Shown: positions 46,342 to 60,700, counted from the first letter of the stretch. The stretch: 64,000 nucleotides of DNA from Tubulanus polymorphus (GCF_964204645.1 NC_134034.1:12536962-12600961), one strand, 5' to 3'. The notes: generated from the letters alone by a model not told the origin. Program-made: numbers and translations.

Positions 46342-48854
46342 TGTTGTTTTGTTGTCTTCTCGGGTCCGGACAAACTGGAAAAAAAATATTTTCTAATAAG
46401 TAAAAATATTCGTTCTGCACAGCAGTGACCAATCTGATAAAAAGTTGATAAACTGTTAAATACACTTTTGGATAAAGTTTCGCACAATTGAATAAGATTA
46501 AATTCGATTATTTTTGAACTCTTTTGAAAGCGCCATAAAACGGAAAAAACGCAGACTATTTTCTCGACAAAAAAACTAACCGGTTTTAAGTGGATTATTC
46601 GGTAATTTTGAAGCGCTGTCAACTCGAACAATCACTTCACGAGATTAACCACATTAAATATTACATCAGAGATTATTCATTCTAGAATTAAACGAGTTCT
46701 TACCGGTTAAAACGTGTCAATACTTGTTTATAAAACAACTCAACGGTCGCGTAACGGTCGCAGTTTGTTTACTTCCGCCCGGATGTGCCTCGGCTTGTCC
46801 GACTCCGGTTCCTAAGCCGAATCCTTATCCGAAATGACTCCGAGTCCGATTTCCGAATAGTCCGATATCATGCAACGGAAAACGGGGAACCGGACAAACT
46901 CAGTAAAATACGGAAAAAGACTTAGGAATTCCCGTGCGGGCTATGACTCCATCCGGCAATTCGATATTTCGATTTTTGATTGAGGAAAATGATTCTGCAA
47001 TTTATTTGGCATGAATAAGTTTGAATAAGACACCCACACAATAGGCCCCCCTGAACCCCGAGCTTAGGTCTAAATTAGCAGATACTAAATACAACAAACA
47101 AGCACTATAGACCTGTGAGGCCGCCCTTCCGCTCAGCCCACCAGTCATTCGAATCACAGAAAAAATTACTACCTGCAATTAATTGACTTTTTCTTCATTA
47201 TCGAATGAAGTTTTATTGTAAAATGCACTTAACAAGTTTTGGTTTACACATATTTTTCATTAAAAAGGCAGTTTATGCAAGAAGTTTGGGTTCCGCGACG
47301 GAACAAGTTTTATAACTGCTCATCAAAACACAACACATAATACTACAAGACACAAAGATAGAGCACCATCAACTATTACAGAATCATTAATACAATACGA
47401 TAAAACTAACACGTAATACATGATATAATCATCCGAATACAGTTGTAAAATATGACTCAACCCTGGAAAGAGACGAACTGGAAACCCTAGTTAATATAAA
47501 CCATCAGGATCCAGTTCCATTAGTCGTGATGAGTGGAGTTAATTCTGAGTTAAAATTAGTTCATTTTCGATGAATTAACTCTCCAAGAATCAGATCCTAA
47601 CTACGAACTGTGGAACTGGCCAGTGGAGCCAATGTCTAGAATAAATACCCCGAGACGAGTAGTACTATATAGGTTAACTATTACTTTAAAGGTTAACTAA
47701 TACTTTGCTATTAATGTATGGTAGTTTCATCATTCACCTCATCAAGCTACTATACATTAGTAGTGAAAGCTTGTGCGTCAAATAAATAGTTTACCTTTAA
47801 CCGTTTCAGTGCGTCTACACCGCAGTGTGGTGTATAAATCAGTAATGGATTTTGCTAATACACGGCAATGCGGTGTATTGATGTAATTAGTAATTAGTAA
47901 TTATCTCTCTTGAAAGATGGCAGCACCTGTCAAACATAGTGAAATATTAGTAACTAACGATACACTGTGCCACAGTGTAGACGCACTATAGTGGTATTCC
48001 CGTTATTCAACACACTAGGGTGGAATTTTTAAAAATTTTCAAATTATCTCCAGCACTATAGGGTATTAATAAGTCAGCACTGAAACTCGACTCGTATCTG
48101 GTTAACATCGTTCCTGATCTACGAAATGTCTAGGACGTCAAAAAGGAAGGAAATCCCTGAGACAGATACATCCACGATTAAAATCCAAACTGATCTATCT
48201 CTATTTACACAGTATGCTGCTAACAGGAAGACCTAGTGACCAGTTGTATGTGGAGGCACTTCAATTGTTTTTGTACTCACAAATATACATACAAATACTT
48301 CATAGTAAACAAACTCGATAATTGAGCGACAGCACTGAACTCCCAGAGCTGTGTCCTGAACTGTGGAACTAGATCCAGAACTGTGGAAACGGGTCCAGAA
48401 CTGTGGAAATCGATCCAGAACTGCGGATCTGGGTCTCGGATTGTGGAACTGGGTCCAGAACTTCAGAACTGAAACTGATTCAAGCACTGCGGAACTGGAT
48501 CCAGAACTGTGGAACTGGCTACTGAATTGTGGAACTAGTACTGAACTTCCAGAGCTGTGTCCTGAACTGTGGAACTAGATCCAGAACTGTGGAAACGGGT
48601 CCAGAACTGTGGAAATCGATCCAGAACTGCGGATCTGGGTCTCGGATTGTGGAACTGGGTCCAGAACTTCAGAACTGAAACTGGTTCAAGCACTGCGGAA
48701 CTGGATCCAGAACTGTGGAACTGGCTACTGAATTGTGAAACTAGTCCTGGTGTCTGGATTGTTCAACGGCTGCTGCCTGACTATACGATAATATTCCACT
48801 GCATATTTCTGTTCAGATCAATGTCAAGGTCACATATGTAGACGCCGTTTTATT

Positions 48855-51329
48855 TCACAGTTTATATTTGAATTTATCTTTACTCTGACGTAACGAGAGT
48901 AACATCTGAACACGTGTGGAATCCGGTTCCGTGTTGTATTGTTCCAATAATCCGATCGCCGATAGCAACATCGGGTCGTCCGTTCGTAGGAATGGATTAT
49001 ATTGTTTTTCTTCCCAAATACTCGACGGAACCTGAAAACATACAACATACAACATACAACATTCAACATACAACATACAACTCTTAATTTCATGTTTCAA
49101 GTTTATAAAGATCTGAAGGCTTACCGTGGAGAGTCGTTTTTCTCTTTGAGTTTTCACCCAGTCATGTTTCTCCTAAAAGAAAACCAAAGATATCAAAATT
49201 TTACCGTAAAATTATAACCTTTATTACGCCACCGTTGGAACTGATGACAAATAACGAATTTGACATTATGAAGAATTATATTTTCATTGAGAATTTGAGT
49301 TAGATTTCAATGAATTTGCGCAGACCTGAGATCTGACTTATCGAACTGAAAAAAGTATCTCCATTTAGCCATAAATTAGTCATTTATTTATCCTTCACTC
49401 TGTGCATATAGTTCACATACAACCCCGCGCGGTGGCGCTATTTATGATGTTATCTATGACAATCAACACAAGCTCGTATTTGACAAAAAACGGGTCTAAT
49501 TTTTTACAAGGTATAAATTTACCAATCTTGCATAGTGATGATGGACTGATAAAGTGAATTCCTTAAATATCAGAAGAGGCAGAGGAAGAGAGAGAGAAAG
49601 AGAGAGAGAGAAAGAGGGGAGAGAGAGAGGGAGATATGAAACGGTACCTGTAATTTCTGATTATTTGGGTTGATATATCGAGCGAATTCGAGATTATCGA
49701 GAGCGTACTCGTGACCGGGCCACAGTAACGTATCCTCGTGAAGATTCGAGATTCTATCCAGCGATTGTTGCATCGTTGCCGCGGTTTCTTCAAACATTCG
49801 TCCTAAAGTACGAGAAAATAAATCTCCGATTTTCAAATGGAAATTATACGAAGTAACCGATAGCGTCGATCTGATTGTTGACTTACCGCAACCTCCGATG
49901 AATAAATGATCTCCGCAGAATAACGAATTCGGGGCGTTGAAACTCTTGCCGTCGAGTAAATAGGTCACGTGACCGACCGTGTGTCCGGGGGTGAAAATAG
50001 CGGTGAATTTCAATCCGCTGTTCGGAATTAAAATCTCTTCGTTATCGACGACAGATCTGCAAAATATCGAAATTCACAACGATATATCGAGTGACTAAAA
50101 TGAGAATGTTTCGTTTTCGGTCGGAGCAGACGTACTTCGTGACGTCTGGCACGTGGTCGTCCGCGTTACCAACTATCTGTACGTTTCTATATTTAGATTT
50201 GTAGAATTTATTTCCACCGCTGTGATCCCTACAAATACACAATTAATTAGTGATTTCATAGGGGGAAATATAGAGCTGGCCATCTTGTCTATAGACCAAA
50301 TTCGGAATAGGGAGATTTATGGAGGCAGATATTTTTCCTGAAGTGGTCTAGAGATCAAATCACTAGCAGACAATTTGATGATGTAATGGAAAGGGGCTGT
50401 TGTTTTTGTAATTAGGGGGATCTTTAACGGAATCCAGGGTTAAAGGTAATACCAGTATATAAAACTGGCTCCTGGGTTCTTGTAGATGCTATCAAACTTG
50501 ATGATGTCATAGGGAGTTTTGATCTGACAGGACTCGGGGGCAATATGATGAGGTCATACGGGGACTAATGGAGAAAACACTCATTTCTGGATTGAAGCAA
50601 AAATTTGATGATGTCATAGGGGGATGTGACGTACCAGTGTTTATGAGTCGTAAGAACTGTTTGTAAATTCACTTCTTCTTTAGTAAGTATCGGTTGAATG
50701 GCGTCCGGATCAGCGGGGTCAATCAGTACGCCCGACCCGGTTTTCATATCTTTAATTAGATAACAGTAATTATCTAAACTAATCGGTATCGGTAAAATGC
50801 GTAGACCGCCGTCGAAATCCAGCGGTTCAACAACCGAGTGTCCGTTCTCGTATTTCTGGTTGGCTTTAGTAACGTCGCGACGATAATAGAAATATCCCAG
50901 ACGTGTTCGAGTGTAGAAAAAATACCTGAAATATAGAATAGGAAAAACTAATGAGGCCGCGAGGAGGGTTGAGGGCATCATATCGGCTGCTACCCCGGAT
51001 TTCAATCTGTCTCTGTGCATTAGGCCCTTCCCACTCCAGCTAGCAGAACCTACAACCGTCACTAGCCCGAAATGACTAAGCAGTGATGAATGCCCAACAT
51101 TACCCAATTTTCGGAGAGCGTACTAAGGGGGAGCTAGAGCTTGATTAGTGTTTACCTACTATTCATTTCACTTCATGTTTTAGTTAGCCTAGTTAGTAAT
51201 AGTAGTAGCATAGTATATTTACCCTATTTTGAAGAGTGTACTGCCCTGTTTTGCCATATTGTTCAGTTTTCTGTAAGCATATAAACACACGCATATAAAT
51301 ACAACCACAGCTGAGTAAACTAATATCAT
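48855..51329 (-). CDS. PNKD: PNKD-like probable hydrolase (glyoxalase II / metallo-beta-lactamase fold) with an N-terminal hydrophobic segment
   Basis: Exons 51329-51223 (MILVYSAVVVFICVCLYAYRK...LFKIG), 50925-50635 (YFFYTRTRLGYFYYRR...DNYCYLI...THKHW), 50228-50136 (DHSGGN), 50056-49887 (TPGHTVGH; LFCGDHLFIGGCG), 49802-49648 (RMFE...LLWPGHEY), 49172-49125, 49031-48855 (PSSIWEEKQYNPFLR). The YTRTxLGY extension is characteristic of PNKD. Confidence 0.9.
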
Positions 51330-51397
51330 TCCTAACAGTATTAACGGTAGATTTCAGCGATTTTTGGATTTTTCTGAAAATGAAAAATGGTACGTAG

Positions 51398-52100
51398 CAG
51401 GGGTTTTCCAGGGAATCACCGTTTTCGGAATTTCCTCACGAATCCCGGCCTTTCCTCTACGGAAGCCCTGTCTGTCACACCTACTCTCCGTGCGACGTTT
51501 TGGTCCGTAATTTCGTTAATAATCGGTTTATCTACCTTTATTATGCATCAATTTGTTCAGTGAGGAATTTGAACACCGCTGTACAGTAGGTGACATAAGA
51601 GATAATTTTTTTCATAATTTCGACTTAATAAGTCGAATTTCGAGATAATAAGTCGAATTTCGTGTTAATTAAGTCGAATTTCGACTTGATAAGTCAAAAT
51701 TCGACATAATAAGTCGAATTTCGTGTAAATTAAGTCGAATTTCGCCGAAAATAAAACTCGAAATTCGACTTAATTAACACGAAATTCGACTTATTATCTC
51801 GAAATTCGACTTAATAAGTCGAATTTCGACATAATTAGTCGAATTTCGTGTTAATTAAGTCAAATTTCGACTTAATAAGTCGAAATTCGACATGAAAATA
51901 AAACTCGAAATTCGACTTAATTAACTCGAAATTCGACTTAATTAACACGAAATTCGACTTATTAAGTCGAAATTCGACTTGTTAAGTCGAAATTCGACTT
52001 AAGTCGAAATTGTGAAAAAGTTTTCTCGTATGTCACCTAGGGGCTTCCGTATTCCTCGGCCCGGGAATCACCCTTTCCCGATGACGTCATTTCAGCTCTC
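51398..52100. promoter_or_regulatory. Divergent PNKD/AFMID-A promoter with kappaB-like sites and a CRE; counterpart upstream of AFMID-B at ~55208-55280
   Basis: GGGGTTTTCC, GGGAATCACC and GGAATTTCC near 51400-51435, TGACGTCA at 52082. Copy B has GGGGTTTTCC, GGAAATCCCC and TGACGTCA at 55272. Confidence 0.5.
51458..52051. mobile_element. Non-autonomous IS3EU-like DNA transposon with internal palindromic repeats
   Basis: Termini TACGGAAGCCC / GGGCTTCCGTA, exact 6-bp TSD TTCCTC (51452-51457, 52052-52057), internal array of TTCGACTTAATAAGTCGAA-like units. The superfamily is inferred from the TAYGG ends and 6-bp TSD. Confidence 0.75.
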
Positions 52101-52188
52101 CGGTGTCGGCGTCACTCGAATCAATTTGTCACTTTCACTCGAACTATTGTGGAATTTGGATCGGTTTTAACAGGATTTGACAATAAGT

Positions 52189-54797
52189 ATGAGTTGGACA
52201 CCGAGAAGCGATGAAGTGAGTTTATAAATACTGAAAAAATTTATGACTGACAAAATCTAAAAATGGATTTAATTTATCAAAACTGTGAAAAAACGAACAA
52301 ATTCAAACCAGTTTTATTGTTTGATCTTTTTAACCCATTGTTTTCTTCTATTATGAAACAGGAGTTGGATCATCAATACGATTGTAGTCGATGGACTAAA
52401 CGTGTTGATGCGGAGACAATGCGCACTGATCCAGATAGAATTGTAACTATACATCTGGATGCATTGAAAAAAAGTACGACAAAACAATCCAACCTTTTCC
52501 AAATCTTTGATTTTGTAATATCCGAGATGTTAGGGTACCTCCCCTTAGAATCTTATTGATACCGTGGTCTGTCCCTTAGTGATGAAAGACATGTATTTCT
52601 AGATGAAATCACTGATGCAAGTATTCCGTGTGAAGTTTTATCCTACGACGAATCGGACCGTCAAAAAGTGGCAGTCTACGTACCGAAAAATCTACCAAAA
52701 GGTCATTTAGTTTATTTTCCATTCGTGAAACGTTCAAAACAATAATCAACAAGTTAGAAATTCCGATTGATTATTATTTCAGACGCGCCAGTTTTGATAT
52801 TCATACACGGAGGATATTGGCAAGCGCATTTGTAAGTAAAAAATATATATGAAAAATCGGTATTCCATGTAGCTCCGATCAAACCCGACAAGAGGCTGTT
52901 CATAAATGTCCACATGAAATTGTAGAATTTTTACCCCCTCCCCCCATTTTCCATATTGCACTAACCCCCTTGTCGATTGGACTCAAAAATGCAAGGATAT
53001 CAGAAAAATAATGTTTTTCCATTCACTTAATCATTTATAATACATTCTGGACTACAGTTGCTTATTCCATACATTATCTTTTGAAAACATATCCATCTGA
53101 AGTATTCCTCCTCTAATTCGAAGTTGAAGTTATCATCCATGTATTAATGCACTGAATGATTTGTTGCGGTTTACAGAAATTAAGACGTCCACATCCAAAC
53201 AACCATCCTCCCTTGTCCACAAAAGTCCAAATTTCACAATCCCCCCGCCGCCCCCCTTTGACCTCGGACGTCTTTTATGAGCAGCCCCATATTACGTATA
53301 TTACAGTGTAACTCACGATTTGTTCCAAATTGTCGCTAAGGCCTTCGCGCCGTTCGGGGCGGCCGTCGCGTTGCTAGGTTACAACCTGTGCCCGGACGTT
53401 ACCATGTCGACGTTGGTCGAACAAGTTCTGACGGGTATCGATAAAGCTGTGGAATTTGCGGCGCAAAGAGGTTCCAGGTAAACGACCGAAGAATCGAGAA
53501 AAATTTCGATAAATCTTTTCGGATGATCGAATGATTTGAATTTATATTCAGAGGTGTTTATGTGGCTGGTGTGTCGGCTGGTGGACATTTAGCGGCGATG
53601 GTCCTCGCTAAATCTAGTCACAAATTGATCAAAGGTAGCAGCACACAATTCAGGGTTCGGTTGATGACAAGTTGGTTTGAATGTTAACTGTAGGGTAACT
53701 TACTGTGACAATTGAACAATCATGGCGTTTGTTCTCCGGTTAAAACTCAACCAACTTTTGAGCTACGCCACTAACCCTTGACGCTAAATTTTAACGAGTA
53801 ATGAGAAATCTGTCATTTTCAGGTGGGGTTCCAATCAGTGGTCTTCACGATGTTCGTAGATTGGTTCCGACTACTATTAATAAACCACTTTATCTGAATG
53901 AGTAAGTGAGAAGTAACGTCAAGTGTTTGTGTCATTATGCAGGCTGGCAGCCACCTTGATTTTACTTGCTTTCCCCCCTGACTTGCAAATTGTTTTCTCT
54001 GACTTGATCTGCTAAGAATTCGATCAATTAATTACGTAAAAAACATGGACAGAAAATGTTTGATTTTAAGCATGATCCGATGAGCTCGACATAATTCCCT
54101 GATCTTACGCATTTTTACAAAATTCCATGACGTTAATTCTGAGGATAAAAAAATTTCCTCGACTTTTGCCTGATTTACAGGTTGATAGTTACCCTATTAT
54201 AATGTCGTTCTGATCTTCATGATCATTAAAATGATCATTATTATCTCCCTATATATTACAGTGATACGGCGTGGGAAGTGAGTCCCTTGAATCAGTTGGA
54301 TTCGTACAAGAAAAACTGCGTCGATCGTAAGATTCTAATCACTTATGGAATGAACGAATCACCGGAATTCGCTGATCAATCCTCGAACTTAAACCAGGTA
54401 TGAATCAATCGCCCCATCAGTAGCCGGTAGCGCCCTCTATAATTCCCTCCTATCAGTTTCGTAACTGTTTGTTTATTTCAGGCTTTAAAGAATCTGGGAA
54501 TCGATAGCGTTCTGCTTCCTGTTCCCGATGTCGATCATTTCAACATTATTGAAAATCTTATCGACCCGGAATTTCTGCTGACAAAGGTACGTATAATACT
54601 ACGGACCATTCGGGGCTAAATCCCCCTATGACATCATTAATCCCTTTTCAGCAAATTGATGATGTCATAGGGAGATCTAAAAGAGAAGTCATGTTTTCTG
54701 GAATCATCAGTTTATAACTGTACGATTTTATTTGCCTAGGGATTTTTATTTTCTCTCTTTTTCCTTTCAGGAGATTGTCAAGTTGATGGGTCTTTGA
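52189..54797 (+). CDS. AFMID: Kynurenine formamidase-like, copy A (alpha/beta hydrolase; GVSAG nucleophile elbow)
   Basis: Exons 52189-52215, 52362-52473 (ELDHQYDCSRWTKR), 52603-52701, 52783-52831 (LIFIHGGYWQ), 53307-53477 (GYNLCP), 53552-53634 (AGVSAGGHL), 53823-53901, 54262-54397 (NESPEF), 54482-54586 (DHFNIIE), 54771-54797. Confidence 0.9.
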
Positions 54798-55376
54798 ATG
54801 GGTCTGTGGCAAGTAAGAAGTTAGCTATTTCATACCCAGTATGAAAGGAAAATATAATTCTCAATGTACACTATGTACGGTATACAATTTTCTTTTAAGG
54901 ATTGAAAATGTAAATGTAATCTTTTATAATTTACGGTAAATTTCTCATCTAATATACTCAATTTATTCAGTTTTAAAGCACATAGATATAAATAAAACGT
55001 TATGCTGATTAACGGGTTATATCGATCATAGAAATAAATTATTTTCACTCTAATATATTTATTCCTTTTGTTTTATATTGTATGGATTTTAAACAGGAGA
55101 ATAAAAAGGCATTCTTTAATACTTTTCATGGAAAGTCACCATATTGAATGGGACAGGCAACCAGTCTATCTTGAATGGGGCAGGCTACCAGTCTAGTTAG
55201 CTGTCAGTCGGGGTTTTCCAGAATCAGCGGCCTTTGGGATTTCTTCGGAAATCCCCGTCCAGAGTTCTCGCTGACGTCATCTCAGCTCGGGCGTCGGCTT
55301 CACTCTGATCAATTTGTCACTTTCTCTCGAACCATTGTGGAATTTGGATCGTTTCGCAGCAGAATTGATAGCAAGA

Positions 55377-58088
55377 ATGAGCTGGACGCCGAAAAGCGAC
55401 GAAGTAAGTTTAAGAATACTGTAGAATTTATGACTGACAAAATCTAAAAACGGATTTAAGTTATCAAAAACAGCGAAAAACTAGCAAATTCAAATCAGCT
55501 TTATTGTTTGATCTAAATTTAGTAGGCCTAAATCATATACTATATTTGAACCACAGTCAAAACAAGTATCAATAACCAACCCCAGTAAATCAGTATGACC
55601 AACTCCAGTATAATATTCCTGTAATCGATTTTTTGAAACATGGTCAGGGTTAGTTACCTAATCGTTGGTGGTAAGCTTTTTATAATCGGATGGGCTTATA
55701 TGTGGTTTGTGAAAATATCCGATCGTGAAACTAAACCACAGACAGGTTACTGACTAGGCTCTATGATGGTGTAGGTCTAGTGGAGTATCTAGCTGTTTTT
55801 CCTTAAACAAGGGGACCGTAACAACGTCTGGTGTTCAGATTAGGGTTTGGGTCATACTGGTTTTATCCATTCACTATATCAATAACTGCTAGAAGTCCCT
55901 ATGATTTGAAACGTTCTGATTCTGATTTTTACTGTTCCGTTTATCGTGATTAAGGAGTTTAAAATTTGGTTTTGTTTCTACGACACACAGGAGTTGGATT
56001 ACCAATACGCCTGCAGTAAATGGACCAAACGTGTCGATGCAGAAACTCTTCGCGCTGATCCAGATGTTCTTCTAAATACTCATTTCGATCTTCTTAAAAA
56101 AAGTATTGTACCTTATAGTGATACTCCTTGTCGATATAGAGCACTTTACAAACCTGATTTCCTGGGCCTTGTTTCTGTTGTCAAAACTCCCGTATAAGAA
56201 TGATTATGAACCTGCAACCCTGGGCCCGGTTTTATAAACTGGAATCAACTTTAGCCCGGGGGTTAACTCAATTCATTATCAATTGTGTTAGCCCCAGGGT
56301 TAAAGTTTATACCAGTCTATGAAACTGGGCCCTGGACATCAATGCCATCGGTCTCCGATGTATTTCTAGATGAAATCACCGATGGCAGTATTCCGTGCGA
56401 AGTTTTATCCTACGGCGAATCGGACCGTCAAAAAGTGGCAGTCTACGTACCGAAAAATCTACCAAAAGGTCATTTAATTTAGTTTATACTCTTCCATCCA
56501 TTTCTCAAACAACAGTTAACCAGTAAAAGCGGAAATTCGTTTTCAATCTGATTTTATTTCAGATGCACCGATTCTGGTATTCATACACGGAGGATATTGG
56601 CAGACACATTTGTAAGTCGCAATAATGTTTTTCAAAACAAAACAAAAAAAAACTCCTTCCAGCGTGAATCGAACTCAGTAGTCCGTTTATCATATCATAT
56701 ATCACATATCGTATCATATATCATATTATTATTTACCATCAAAGAAGGCTATAGGCCTCATATACAGACAGCCTCTTATAGTTCAGATATTTAGTGTCTT
56801 TTCTGATGTAGTCTATTTATCATATCATATCATATATCATTATACAGACAGCCTCTTACAGTTTAGATATTTTGTGATCATTGTGAAGGAAGTATTCAAT
56901 GCACCTGTCTTAAATTGTTATCAAATTCGCCGGGGTTTGTTACAGTATAACTCACGATATGTACGAGATCCTCGCGAGAGCCTTCGCTCCGTTCGGGGTA
57001 GCCGTCGCGTTGCTAGGTTACAACCTGTGCCCGGATATCACCATGGCGACAATGGTCGACGAAGTCCTGACGGGAATGGATAAGGTCGTGGAGTTCGCCG
57101 AGAAAAGAGGCTCCAGGTAAAAGACCGAAGACAAGATCGATTTGAGATATCAAGTTTTATTCTGGTAATGAATGATTTTGATCATATTTAGAGGTGTTTA
57201 TGTGAGTGGACATTCTGCCGGGGGACATTTATCGGCTATGGTCCTTGCTAAATCTAGTCATCAACTGATCAAAGGTATTCTTACATCTATTGCAGATGAA
57301 CCTGAGGCTTCATTTAAGAAAAAAATAATTTGCTAATTTTCTGTCGTTTCAATTTTCAGGTGGGATCCCAGTTAGTGGTCTTTTCGACGTTCGAAGATTG
57401 GTTCCGACTACTATTAATAAGCCGCTTTATCTAAACGAGTAAGGACGACATTGTTCTTGCTGGGATCTCATCAAGAATTCGAATTGAATCGCATGCTAAA
57501 AAATTTCCTTTTTGATTAGATATCTAAGTGTTTAATGTAGTTGTTGGTTGTTTATTACAGTGATACGGCGTGGGAAGTGAGTCCCTTGAATCAGTTGGAT
57601 TCGTACAAGAAAAACTGCGCCGATCGTAAGATTCTAATCACTTATGGAATGAACGAATCTCCGGAATTCGCTGATCAATCCTCGAACTTAAACCAGGTAT
57701 GAATCGATCGCCCCATCAGAAGCTGGTAGCGCCCTCTATAATTCCCTCCTATCAGTTTCGTAACTGTTTGTTTATTTCAGGCTTTAAAGAATCTGGGAAT
57801 CGATAGCGTTCTGCTTCCTGTTCCCGATGTCGATCATTTCAACATTATTGAAAATCTTATCGACCCGGAATTTCTGCTGACAAAGGTATGTATAATACTA
57901 CGGACCATTCGGGGCTAAATCCCCCCTATGACATCATTAATCACTTTTCAGCAAATTGATGATGTCATAGGAGGCATTATGGAATCATCCTGCAGTGTGA
58001 CATTAAAACTGTAAGATTTATTTTGCCTGGGGATTTATATTTCATTTTTTTTTCCTTCCAGGAAATTTTCAAGTTGATGGGTCTTTAA
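55377..58088 (+). CDS. AFMID: Kynurenine formamidase-like, copy B (canonical GHSAG)
   Basis: Same 10-exon structure: 55377-55403, 55991-56102, 56370-56468, 56563-56611 (FIHGGYWQ), 56946-57116, 57192-57274 (SGHSAGGHL), 57360-57438, 57561-57696, 57781-57885 (DHFNIIE), 58062-58088. Confidence 0.92.
56223..56331. mobile_element. Harbinger-like MITE family A (GGSCCGGTTTTATARACTGG...); other copies 61209-61511, ~4959-5074, ~26821-26925
   Basis: Inverted ends with CTG (56220/56332) and CAG (61206/61512) target duplications. Confidence 0.82.
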
Positions 58089-60700
58089 ATATTCGTCTGT
58101 TAAAATGGAAAGTTGTCTGCTGTCCGTTTCATGCGCAGTATTATCATGGAATATATAGCTTTAAATCTATACAAATCGTGAAAAACTTTGTTTTGATGAT
58201 TTTTAAAATTTTATACAATGAATGAAATTTACTCAATTTATTAGTTTTAAAACGCACAGAAATTAATGAAATATTTAAACAGTTTTCTGTTTCTTATACA
58301 CATGTACCAGTAGTGTCTTTAAACTCGATCGTGGAAATAAATAATTATTTTCCCTATAAGGCTTGAGAAAATTGATATCTTGTTTCTCATTTTTGTTGAA
58401 CTTAAAAGTTAACCCGGCCGGCCACCTATCTACCCTGTACATTAATTTTGATTAAATCATGATCAAGCTAAAAATAGCCGACCTGGCAGTTATAGAAATG
58501 AACTGATTACAAATTCTATTGCAGTGACCCAGCCGATTAGGGGAAACAAGGTATATTTTCATTTCAACCTGATGAGAGACATTGATAATGTATTATTCCT
58601 GTTGTCTTATATTTTATATTGCATGGATTTTCAACAGGTTTTCATTGATAATTTCAATAGAGCATTTGACAAGTCACAGCGACTAATGGTCACCAGTTTC
58701 CACATCTGACCGATTATCACAGCTAAATGGTCACCATACTGCTGACTAGATAACCTTATTACGAACTCGTTCAGTTACCAAAAATTCAGTGTTCTGAATG
58801 GTTGCGATTTATATCCCGCCATGGCTAGGTTCAATTCTAGGGTTAGCAGTATATTTTAATCATACCCTACTTTTGAAGGTCACGAAGTATCTAATCAGGT
58901 CTCATAGGAAGTCGTGAACTTGTTTGTGTCTATATTTCACCAGTTCATCAGACAGATAAACAACCCATTTATCATCGCAGGTCATGATAGTTGGTCTCAT
59001 TTATTTGACCCTGGAATCACCCGAATGTTTTTGTGATTTAATTTTATCCTATGTACAAGAGCTACATATTGTGTTACAGTTGGAAGGGCTTTTATTAGCA
59101 ACAGTTCTTGAGTTGTTTGATAACTTTTTAGAGATTCAGAATTCTGCCAGGGACATGTCAGGCAACTGTGGAACTAAGGTCCAGAATCAAATCAAATCCA
59201 CCAAACTGAGGAACTGGGTCGACAAGAGTTGAATCAAAACGATACAACTGTCGAACTGTCCTGGACCCAGTTGCTCAAAGTGATTAAAGTTTGTCAACCA
59301 GTGGATAAATGATAAAAGATATCCGACGATTGCCTTGACCTTTCAGCGACAATTGGGCAATTTTAGAAATTTATGTCAAATTGTCATTGGTAGTCTACAT
59401 TCAAAATAAAGACAGACAGTAAAGGGGTAGTGACCTCATTATCTGACAGAGATAGCCCTAGTTATGTCCCATTATCTGGGGCCCACTTTTACTACTCTTA
59501 ACAAATCTATATGATTAGTCAATTAACCTTTCAGTCTCATGAACTCAGTCAAACAATTACTGGTAATCATAGTCTCGTAAAACCAGGACCAGACGTGGAT
59601 TTATTTGATCCCTACCTATTTAGGTGTATTACCTTTCTAAGCTTCGCATCTCCAGTTTAAGTTCCTTTCAAATCCAAAATAGACTCACCACCGTGAACAT
59701 TCCAATAGAATAATAAAATAATTTCCCGACAATGATACTCACTACAAACGAGCAGATAAATCAATAAATATTCTTATTTAGTATGACATATTTATATATA
59801 ATAATTCAGTGATATAATAGAAAAACAGGTTTTCCAATTTTCATTATGAGGACGGAATTTTATGGATCACAATTTTTACAGACATGTACAGAAAACCCTG
59901 ATTGAATAGAAAACAGTTCAAGTTCAAAAGCTGCCAGAAAACGTTTTCGTAGAAATATCTAACATAAGAACATGAGCGAAAAACATCGGGTCAAAAGGAA
60001 GCATTTTTTTTAAGTGCAGTTAACTGCTCACAACAGTACTGACACCTAGTGAGTAAAATGAAGACTATAAACAGTATTGCTTTACAAATATGTGTCATGT
60101 GTCTACACTATTAATATATATCTACAGTTTAAAAAGTGATTCGATTCTCCCAACAAAAACAGGGTCCCCCAGGTCACATTTGTAGTTAAAAATACATATA
60201 ACCAAATAAAATTTGTATTAAACGAAGAGGAAACAATGTCAACATTCAGTCAATATTCAAACTATTCATTTCTGTGTCACGTTTTAATATAGAGTACACA
60301 ATCTACGAACGCCCCCTAGTGGAGAAACGATGATTGTAGTCATGGAAAGCGTTACCAGGCGTAAACACCATAGCAACAATGCAATTGTCCTCATTTTTAA
60401 TTCAGCTGCTTTTTTTCTGTATCCAATTTCATGGAACGGGCACAAGGATCTAGGCCCAAATAAATAATGCTTTCGGTGCTGTGTTACACTAGTTCTAAGT
60501 CTAATGCAGATAGACAGACGTTGAATTCAAAAAGTTAAACCAACTTAAGACTAATTTGATCGTACCAGGAATTGAAAAATTATGAACTGTGATTGGTGAA
60601 ATCCTGCCATCTAGCGACACTTGGAGTAAGTATTAATTCAGGATTGTACGTTTTGAATTCTCAGGCAAACGGACGGATCATCTACAGCCGACGCCCTCTA

